DNA of 32,000 nucleotides from positions 60,001 through 92,000 of the forward strand of contig OZ245819.1 of the NCBI GenBank assembly GCA_965228485.1, read 5' to 3'. This document shows, one piece after another, positions 24,791 through 30,965 of this stretch (positions within the stretch are counted from its first letter, which is position 1; the number at the start of each line of letters is the position of its first letter). A model generated the notes under the pieces. That model was not told the origin of the DNA, ran no database searches, and was given only the letters and a program-made list of their open reading frames with translations. This DNA is from Candidatus Saccharimonadota bacterium. GTDB lineage: Bacteria; Patescibacteriota; Gracilibacteria; UBA4473. A program made the translations under genes and the position numbers.

Positions 24791-26035
24791 CTATTCTTTA
24801 ACAAGTTTGTAAATTTCTTCGAGGGACGTAATTCCTTGTAGAGCCTTAATAATCCCATCTTGTTCTAGGGTTACCATTCCATCTTTTTGGGCTACTTTTT
24901 GAATTTCTAGAGCCGGCATTCCTGCCATAACCGCTTCCTTAATTCCCTCCGTCATTGTCATGATTTCGTAAATACCCATTCGCCCTTTGTAACCCTGTCC
25001 TTCACATTCAGTACATCCTTCTTCTGATGGACCGTAAAGTTGTATGTCTTGGAATAATGACATATCTAGGCCTTCATAAGGTTTAAAGATGGCAAAAGCT
25101 TCCTTAATTTTTTTCATTGCGTCGGGGCTAGTTTTGACTGGTTGTTTACAGTACGGACACAATCGCCGTGATAGACGTTGGGCAATAATCAGATTCACCG
25201 CTGAAGTTAATAGGAAGTCTGGAACCTTCATGTTTAGAATACGAGTAATCGTTTCTACAGCAGAATTCGTATGGATGGTAGAGAGTACCAGATGCCCAGT
25301 TAGTGATGCTTCGATGGCAATATCGATTGTTTCCTTATCCCGGATTTCCCCCACCATAATGATGTCGGGATCCTGACGAAGGGCGGTTCTTAGTCCATCG
25401 GCAAAGGTATATCCAATTGTCGGGAACATCTGACTCTGATTGAGCCCTTCCATCTGATTTTCCACCGGATCTTCTAGGGTCATGATGTTCACTTCTGGTG
25501 AGTTTACGTAGCTCATTGCGGAGTACATGGTGGTTGTTTTCCCAGACCCGGTTGGTCCAGAAGTAAGTACTACCCCATTCGGTTGTTCAATGGCAGCTTG
25601 GAATAATTTTAGATTTCGTCCAACAATCCCGAGTTTATCAAGACTGGGAATCTTTTTCGATTTATCCAGTACCCGCATTACGATCTTTTCTCCATTTACG
25701 GTTGGAAGAGTTGAGACCCGAAGATCTACTTCTTTGTTTCCAACCCATGTAGAAATACGCCCATCCTGTGGGATTCGGGCTTCATCGATCTTTAGGTTCG
25801 CCATAAGCTTGGTTTTTGATACCAAACCAGAATGCATATTGGTCGGATATTCTACCATGTGCTGAAGCACTCCATCTACCCTTAGACGAAGTTCAACGTT
25901 GTTTCTTCTTGGTTCAATATGGATATCTGATGCCCCTTTTTCAAGAGAGAGCATCATGATACTTTCGAGAATTTTTGGTACATCTCCTCGAATGATTGCT
26001 TCTTTTAATTGTCTTAACGCTGCTCCTGATGCCAT
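24791..26035 (-). CDS. pilB: Type IV pilus assembly ATPase (PilB/GspE family, short form)
   Basis: 414 aa with GASDIHIEP, Walker A GPTGSGKTT, Asp box MTLEDPVE, Walker B DIIMVGEIRD, His box GHLVLSTIHTN and the tetracysteine CPYC...CTEC. It lacks the long N-terminal GSPII_E_N region. Confidence 0.92.
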   Translation of the reverse strand: MASGAALRQLKEAIIRGDVPKILESIMMLSLEKGASDIHIEPRRNNVELRLRVDGVLQHMVEYPTNMHSGLVSKTKLMANLKIDEARIPQDGRISTWVGNKEVDLRVSTLPTVNGEKIVMRVLDKSKKIPSLDKLGIVGRNLKLFQAAIEQPNGVVLTSGPTGSGKTTTMYSAMSYVNSPEVNIMTLEDPVENQMEGLNQSQMFPTIGYTFADGLRTALRQDPDIIMVGEIRDKETIDIAIEASLTGHLVLSTIHTNSAVETITRILNMKVPDFLLTSAVNLIIAQRLSRRLCPYCKQPVKTSPDAMKKIKEAFAIFKPYEGLDMSLFQDIQLYGPSEEGCTECEGQGYKGRMGIYEIMTMTEGIKEAVMAGMPALEIQKVAQKDGMVTLEQDGIIKALQGITSLEEIYKLVKE

Positions 26036-26048
26036 ATTTTATACTTTG

Positions 26049-26774
26049 TTATGTTGCTTGAGAAAATACTACAAGTTGCATTTGAATGTTGTAGGTTGGT
26101 GCGCCTCCTTCGAAGTCGCTTTTGTTTTCACTTACGTTTACACTTCTAATATTTGAAATTGGAAGTCGATTGTTGTCCAAAAACTCGATAGAAGCAGCAT
26201 CTCCTTTGTTTCTTCGGTTTACTACTTTGTTTCGAAGTTCGTCAGAAATTTCTCCTGATTGCATAAACTTAATGAATTTTTTGAATGTGGCTTCATCCGC
26301 TAGGAAAGAAGCACTAATCTGAGTTTCTGCGTAAGATTTTCCTGGAACAATGGTTGATTTACCAATATTCAGTGACTTAAGGTCCATTTCTGAGGTGCTC
26401 GCACTATTTCTTTGTAGAAGAATTGAGTAAATCTCAATAATTTGAGCGACGGTTGAAGGGGTGATTTTTTCTGGGAAAATTTGTTTTTCTTTTACCAAGA
26501 AATCACCAGCTTTTTCATTGAATTCTGCTTCAACGATTGCGAGTTCATCTTGTAGAGACTCTTTGTTCTCTTGAAGTTTAATATTCTGTGGTTCTAGCGT
26601 TTTGATCTCTGCTTTTTTCTCATTCCAAGAACTGTAATCTGGAAGGAGGAAATAGATCAATCCACCACAGACAATAAATAGGAGAATCCAAGGAATTGGA
26701 TTTCGTTTGAGCTGATCTTTACGAGAAAGCTTTAAGCTCGGTTTTTTCTTCAATACGTTTGGGGTAGCGTTCAT
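26049..26774 (-). CDS. PilO-like bitopic pilus alignment protein (hypothetical)
   Basis: 241 aa with a basic N-terminus, a single TM helix (PWILLFIVCGGLIYFLL), a coiled coil and then an alpha/beta region. The call rests on topology and position only. Confidence 0.5.
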   Translation of the reverse strand: MNATPNVLKKKPSLKLSRKDQLKRNPIPWILLFIVCGGLIYFLLPDYSSWNEKKAEIKTLEPQNIKLQENKESLQDELAIVEAEFNEKAGDFLVKEKQIFPEKITPSTVAQIIEIYSILLQRNSASTSEMDLKSLNIGKSTIVPGKSYAETQISASFLADEATFKKFIKFMQSGEISDELRNKVVNRRNKGDAASIEFLDNNRLPISNIRSVNVSENKSDFEGGAPTYNIQMQLVVFSQAT

Positions 26775-26783
26775 GTTGAATTA

Positions 26784-27920
26784 TTAGTTAGAAGAAGTAG
26801 TTCTAGGGGTTGTAGTACTACTAGACGGACTAGATTGACTACTTTGTGCACTTTGAGAAAGTGCGGCATTAATGGCTTTGTTTAGTCGATTCCAATTTTC
26901 GAAGTATTGGAAGTATTCATCGGCTGGATCAACTTCACCTTCTTCGCCTTCTAGAGGTTCTTCTTGGAATTCCAATCGAATACTTAGTTCAATACTTTCT
27001 TCTCCATTGGCTTGTTCTCGTCGAGTAAATGATCGAACTTCACCATTTTTGTAGAATGGGAAACTGTTCATCATATCCACAAATTCACTCCCGAGAGTAA
27101 AGATTTTACTAAGGATCTCACTCGCACTCACGCTGATTGATGCTCCTGTTGGATTGATGTTGTAACTTTTGATTTCAATCTCATTTTTCATAGCGATCAT
27201 AATCGGTGGCGGACATTTGAGTTCCGCTTTTTTCGCTGAAGGAACAAATGGATTTTTACACATTTCCCAATTAGATCCGAGTAGATCTTTTTCTCGTTTT
27301 GCGAAAAATTTTGTTTGGTAGTTCGCATCTTGAAAGTAAGAAATCATATCACCAAAACTGTCGATCAGTCCGTAAGTAGTTTTAGTTTCGGTTTCACCCG
27401 TCTCAATGTTGGTCACCACTTCTGTTTTGGTAAACCAATTTTTTTGTTGAGCGGTGATTTCATCAATTTCTTCGGTGAAGATTCCGTATTTTTCTGTTTC
27501 AATTTTGGTTCTTTGGGTTTCAATTTTTGTTTCTACTTCTTCAATTTCGTCTTGAAGCTCGGTGTTTTCAACTTTTACTTTTTTGTGAAGTGAACCAGTG
27601 TTGTCATTCAGCCCTAGAAGCCCGAAGTAGGCATTTTCTGGATGAAGGTCTGCTTTGAGAAACAAAGTTGCTACTAGTAAAATCGCAAACAGCCCAAGGG
27701 AAGTAAACTTCATGATTAGGATGTGCGCTGGTACTTTCTTACGCTGATCTAAGAGAGCTTTTCGTTCTTCTTTCGAGAGCGTAACGTTCGAAATATTCCC
27801 AGCGTTGGTAACGGCTTGGGAGATAATGCTATCGGCGGTTTGAGTTTGTTTTTTTACCTTATCAACCGCGATGTTGTTGTCTTTCGACGATGAGACAAGT
27901 GATTTAATTTTTCCAAACAT
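26784..27920 (-). CDS. PilN-like bitopic membrane protein with an enlarged extracytoplasmic domain and a Ser/Thr-rich tail (hypothetical)
   Basis: 378 aa with a ~70-aa cytoplasmic N-terminus, a TM helix (LGLFAILLVATLFL), a coiled coil (ENTELQDEIEEVETKIETQRTKIETE) and the C-terminus SQSAQSSQSSPSSSTTTPRTTSSN. It is the first gene of the pilus array. Confidence 0.45.
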   Translation of the reverse strand: MFGKIKSLVSSSKDNNIAVDKVKKQTQTADSIISQAVTNAGNISNVTLSKEERKALLDQRKKVPAHILIMKFTSLGLFAILLVATLFLKADLHPENAYFGLLGLNDNTGSLHKKVKVENTELQDEIEEVETKIETQRTKIETEKYGIFTEEIDEITAQQKNWFTKTEVVTNIETGETETKTTYGLIDSFGDMISYFQDANYQTKFFAKREKDLLGSNWEMCKNPFVPSAKKAELKCPPPIMIAMKNEIEIKSYNINPTGASISVSASEILSKIFTLGSEFVDMMNSFPFYKNGEVRSFTRREQANGEESIELSIRLEFQEEPLEGEEGEVDPADEYFQYFENWNRLNKAINAALSQSAQSSQSSPSSSTTTPRTTSSN

Positions 27921-27949
27921 GTTTGTAATTACAAGAATAAAATCCGACT

Positions 27950-27978
27950 ATTGTAGCAGAAATTAGGGCTTTTTTCAA
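27950..27978 (-). promoter_or_regulatory. Candidate promoter of the pilus/dcw co-directional array
   Basis: On the minus strand, TTGAAA-17 nt-TGcTACAAT (extended -10), about 29 nt upstream of the 27920 ATG. Confidence 0.5.
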
Positions 27979-28039
27979 TCAATAAGATCTTGGCAATTTG
28001 TAAAAATGTGTTCTTTGGAACTATAGGAAATAATAAATA

Positions 28040-28061
28040 CCCCTTTTAAAGAAAAAAGGGG
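28040..28061. other. Stem-loop cccctttt/aaaagggg in a noncoding region
   Basis: 8-bp perfect stem with a 6-nt loop. It is flanked by an A-rich run on the plus strand and a U-rich run on the minus strand, so it is terminator-like in either orientation. Confidence 0.4.
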
Positions 28062-28195
28062 TAAAAAAAGCCTCGTTGCGTGTCAAAATTTCTATTTTTC
28101 AGCTTCACTCACGAAATCCAGAAAACTCGCGTCGTTCAAACACTTCTAGATTTGACGTTCATTCGTTGAAAAACTTAGCGTAATTTTTACAGAGC

Positions 28196-28230
28196 AACAA
28201 AAAAGCCTAACAATTTGTCAGGCTTTTTTA
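28196..28230 (-). terminator. Rho-independent terminator after rpsR (bidirectional in appearance)
   Basis: On the minus strand, AAAAAA, then stem agcctgaca/tgttaggct (one mismatch, 3-nt loop), then TTTTTTGTT. It lies 23 nt after the rpsR stop. Confidence 0.75.
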
Positions 28231-28252
28231 AGTTTAAAATTGCAGTTCTAGA

Positions 28253-28477
28253 TTACTTCTCGTATCGAACGTACGGAAGAAGTCCCATGAATCGAGCTCG
28301 TTTAACGGATCGAGCCAATTGTTTTTGCATTTTCAGAGATGTTCCAGTGTGGAATCGACTCTGAATAGATCGGTAGTATGTAATGTAATCTGCAAGTAGT
28401 TTAGGATTTTTGTAATCAATGTATGTAATCCCAGCTTGTTGGAATGGGCAGATAAATTTCTTTGGCTTAGGTGGCAT
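28253..28477 (-). CDS. rpsR: 30S ribosomal protein S18
   Basis: 74 aa with CPFQQAGITYIDYKNPKLL...TGTSLKMQKQLARSVKRARFMGLLPY. Confidence 0.95.
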   Translation of the reverse strand: MPPKPKKFICPFQQAGITYIDYKNPKLLADYITYYRSIQSRFHTGTSLKMQKQLARSVKRARFMGLLPYVRYEK

Positions 28478-28514
28478 TTTAATAAAGTGTTAAAGAATAA
28501 GTGGAAAATTTGAT

Positions 28515-29042
28515 TTAAAGATCTTCAGAAGACTCATCGATGATAGCGTCTAGTTTTTTATCGACATCATCTTTTGGAGCTTCTGTCTTTGGGGCTTCAG
28601 TTTTAGCTGGTTCTTCTTTTACTGTTGTCAGTTTTTCTCGTTTACCAGGTCTTTTTGGAGCTTCTTTTACTTTCTTTTCATCAGCTTTCTTTTTTTCTTG
28701 CGCTTCGTACTCAGCTTTCATTTCCGCGTAAGGTTTTGGTTCTGGTTGTCCTTTTTCTACTTTAGAGATAAGGAATCGAACGATCTTAGCGTCTAGGTTA
28801 AGTTCGTGTCGAAGTTCTTGAGCTTTTTCTCCTTCCATATCAAATTGGTAGACAACGTAGTATCCCCATTTTTGTTTGTTGATTTGGTAGGCGAATCCTC
28901 GTTCACCCCAAAAATCGGTGAAAGTGATTTTTCCTCCGAATTCTTTTTCAATTCGCAGAGCAATGTTTTCTTGGGCGTATGCTTCCGCCGCGTTTGCGTC
29001 TAGGCTATTTTCGATAATAGCCATAATTTCGTACTTTTGCAT
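28515..29042 (-). CDS. rpsF: 30S ribosomal protein S6 with a Lys/Glu/Pro-rich C-terminal extension
   Basis: 175 aa. MQKYEIMAII...WGERGFAYQINKQKWGYYVVYQFD forms the S6 core. About 75 extra residues follow, including the KTEAPKTEAPK duplication. Confidence 0.93.
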   Translation of the reverse strand: MQKYEIMAIIENSLDANAAEAYAQENIALRIEKEFGGKITFTDFWGERGFAYQINKQKWGYYVVYQFDMEGEKAQELRHELNLDAKIVRFLISKVEKGQPEPKPYAEMKAEYEAQEKKKADEKKVKEAPKRPGKREKLTTVKEEPAKTEAPKTEAPKDDVDKKLDAIIDESSEDL

Positions 29043-29080
29043 GCTTTTTGGACGTTAAGAAATAGTGTGTCTTATTGGCG

Positions 29081-29097
29081 TACCGCTTGATGCGGTA
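29081..29097 (-). promoter_or_regulatory. Hairpin in the rpsF 5' leader (possible S6:S18 autoregulatory element)
   Basis: taccgc-ttgat-gcggta lies ~40 nt upstream of the rpsF ATG. An upstream candidate promoter on the minus strand reads TTGCCA-16-TATTTT. The function is inferred by analogy only. Confidence 0.3.
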
Positions 29098-29143
29098 GGC
29101 AAAGCAGGGGGAAAATAGGGAATTTTGTTAGTTTGGCAAGTAA

Positions 29144-29818
29144 TTATTGTTTGTTACCTATTGAGCTGAGCTCTTGGTAAACAAAGCGGAAGGAATCTTC
29201 ATCGAAAATTTGTGTAAAATCATACTTGCTTAAGGGTTTTATTTCTATGTGTTTTTTTAGTGTTTTAAACGTTTTGGAATTTGTTTTTCCTCCAGAATGA
29301 AGTAGTGCATTTCTTAGTTCATTTAGATATTCTAAAAATTCATAGGTATCGGGATTTATTAATTCTAAAGAGTAGTCTCGCTCTACTAGCTTTTTCCACT
29401 CTTTGAGTCCATAGGAGTTTTCTATAGCATACTGATCAATGATGTATTCATTTAATTCTTTTATATCAGCGAATTCACGTATTTCTTCAAGGGATATTGT
29501 TTTTCTTTTAGATATTAAATACGGGTTTTGAGATGCAATTTCTTTTAGAAGGCTGTACATAAAGAATTCAAAATTAGCCATTAGCTGAATAAATCCCATC
29601 GCATATATGTCTTTGGTGTGCTCTAAAGGGTATGCTAGACTTTCTAATAGCGTTGGCTCCAGGGTCTTTTTTTCTGAGAGCTTAGGGAAAACATTGTTAA
29701 CTAGCTGATCAGTTGATTTTATATTTAATATAAGCATGGATATTAGTTGATAGGTGTGGGAAAGGTTTTCTTTGTACTCTTTCAAAGCAGCTATTTCGCT
29801 TATATCTATTTTTGTCAT
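29144..29818 (-). CDS. HEPN-superfamily protein (Rx4H motif), candidate RNase / abortive-infection-type toxin
   Basis: 224 aa, all-helical in appearance. ELRNALLHSGG (R169-x4-H174, DNA 29297-29314) sits near the C-terminal third, as in HEPN domains. The gene is visibly more AT-rich than its neighbours. No adjacent antitoxin-like ORF is present. Confidence 0.6.
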   Translation of the reverse strand: MTKIDISEIAALKEYKENLSHTYQLISMLILNIKSTDQLVNNVFPKLSEKKTLEPTLLESLAYPLEHTKDIYAMGFIQLMANFEFFMYSLLKEIASQNPYLISKRKTISLEEIREFADIKELNEYIIDQYAIENSYGLKEWKKLVERDYSLELINPDTYEFLEYLNELRNALLHSGGKTNSKTFKTLKKHIEIKPLSKYDFTQIFDEDSFRFVYQELSSIGNKQ

Positions 29819-29874
29819 TGGTTGTTTATTATGGCTTATTACAAATAATAGTTTACATTTAATTAGGTGTAAAA

Positions 29875-29933
29875 TTCCAGCTTGTCTGGAATCTCTTGAG
29901 TAGTTGTAAAATTAGACTCTGGACAAGCCAGAG
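29875..29933. repeat. Pair of short hairpins with mutually complementary loops
   Basis: ttccag-cttgt-ctggaa (29875-29891) and ctctgg-acaag-ccagag (29917-29933). The loops cttgt and acaag are reverse complements, and the stems differ. Confidence 0.5.
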
Positions 29934-29946
29934 ATTAAAACATTTT

Positions 29947-30044
29947 TGTCATCCTGAGCTTCCGAAGGATCTTTGGTTTTTGGTGTATGAGAAAGTTTAC
30001 ATCAAATAAATTACGAAAGATTCTTCGTTCCACTCAGAATGACA
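29947..30044. repeat. 98-bp element bounded by imperfect ~25-bp inverted repeats (MITE-like / long hairpin)
   Basis: Left arm tgtcatcctgagcttccgaaggatc (29947-29971). The reverse complement of the right arm is tgtcattctgagtggaacgaagaatc (30019-30044). The element lies 13 nt downstream of the hydrolase stop. Confidence 0.6.
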
Positions 30045-30056
30045 GAGGAAGTTTAT

Positions 30057-30845
30057 TTAATTATCAATAAACTCAGTGATTATTTCTGTAAACATTCCAT
30101 CTGACCAGAGGTCGTTATGTCCTCGATTTGGAATGAGGAGGTAGGACTTTTTTTGACTGGGGATGGTTTCGAATAGTTCCTCGGAGAAAGTATGGGGGAT
30201 GAGTTGATCTTGGTTGCCGTGGATGATAAGGAGTTCGTTGTGGTAGTCTTTGAGCCACTGGATATTATCGTATTTTTCTCGGAGAATTATGGCGGCGGGG
30301 TAGATTTTGTATTTTGATTGGGCGAGTTTGGTGAGGGTTGAGAAAGGAGTAACGAGAATGAGTTCGTCGGTATTGCCGAGGTGGGCATGATGGCTGGCGG
30401 CACCTGTTCCGATACTTTGTCCGTAGACGGTGGTTTTTTGGAATCCTTTGTCTTCTATGAATTGATGAATGTTTTTGACATCTTTAAGGATGAGTTTGTA
30501 GGATGGTTTTTTGCCGTCGTTTGAGTAGCCAGCGTATTCGACAAAGATGAGATGTTTGTTGCTGGTTTCGAATATGGATTTAATGGCGCTTCTATCACAG
30601 GCTGATCCGGCATTTCCGTGATAGTAGACGAGAACTTCTGAATTAGTGCCTTCTTTGTAATAGAATCGAGTGCCGTTGTGGTTTAGTTTTTCATAATCTT
30701 TGAATCCGTAGCAGCTTTCAAAATCTTGATTATCGGGGTAGTAAATAATTGATCTTTGGCTCATAAAAAGAAACAGTCCAAAGCATAGATAGACGGCTAG
30801 GATTATTCGACCAAAGATGACGGCGATTTTTCGAGTTTTTTTCAC
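30057..30845 (-). CDS. Membrane-anchored alpha/beta hydrolase (ABHD/BEM46-like serine hydrolase)
   Basis: 262 aa with a GTG start and an N-terminal TM helix. Motifs are VYYHGNAG, the nucleophile elbow GQSIG, the Asp in HGNQDQLIP and the His in RGHNDLW. Confidence 0.8.
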   Translation of the reverse strand: MKKTRKIAVIFGRIILAVYLCFGLFLFMSQRSIIYYPDNQDFESCYGFKDYEKLNHNGTRFYYKEGTNSEVLVYYHGNAGSACDRSAIKSIFETSNKHLIFVEYAGYSNDGKKPSYKLILKDVKNIHQFIEDKGFQKTTVYGQSIGTGAASHHAHLGNTDELILVTPFSTLTKLAQSKYKIYPAAIILREKYDNIQWLKDYHNELLIIHGNQDQLIPHTFSEELFETIPSQKKSYLLIPNRGHNDLWSDGMFTEIITEFIDN

Positions 30846-30965
30846 TTTTTGGATTATAGCTGAAAGTGTTTTGATTAAAAATCAAGAAAAAATTATGCAA
30901 AATTTTGTTTTATTCATATCAATATTTTGTAAAAATTTAGACAAAATATTGTTAACCACAAAAAA

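Noticed and set aside
908-25865. Numerous 60-136-aa ORFs antisense to or out of frame with long genes, for example 908-1132, 1272-1565, 2611-2832, 6157-6495, 10675-10968, 11264-11590, 11888-12178, 17053-17418, 20659-20982, 22042-22452, 24279-24593 and 25527-25865.
   Set aside because: Each lies entirely inside a longer ORF with strong family motifs on the other strand or frame. Their sequences look like typical shadow-frame translations (Ser/Phe/Leu-rich, no motifs).
30928-30943. Interpreting TGTA-N8-GACA as an NtcA class II activator site for glnA.
   Set aside because: A class II site should be centred ~41.5 nt upstream of the TSS, and here that would place the TSS downstream of the ATG. 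It is kept only as a low-interest possible operator.
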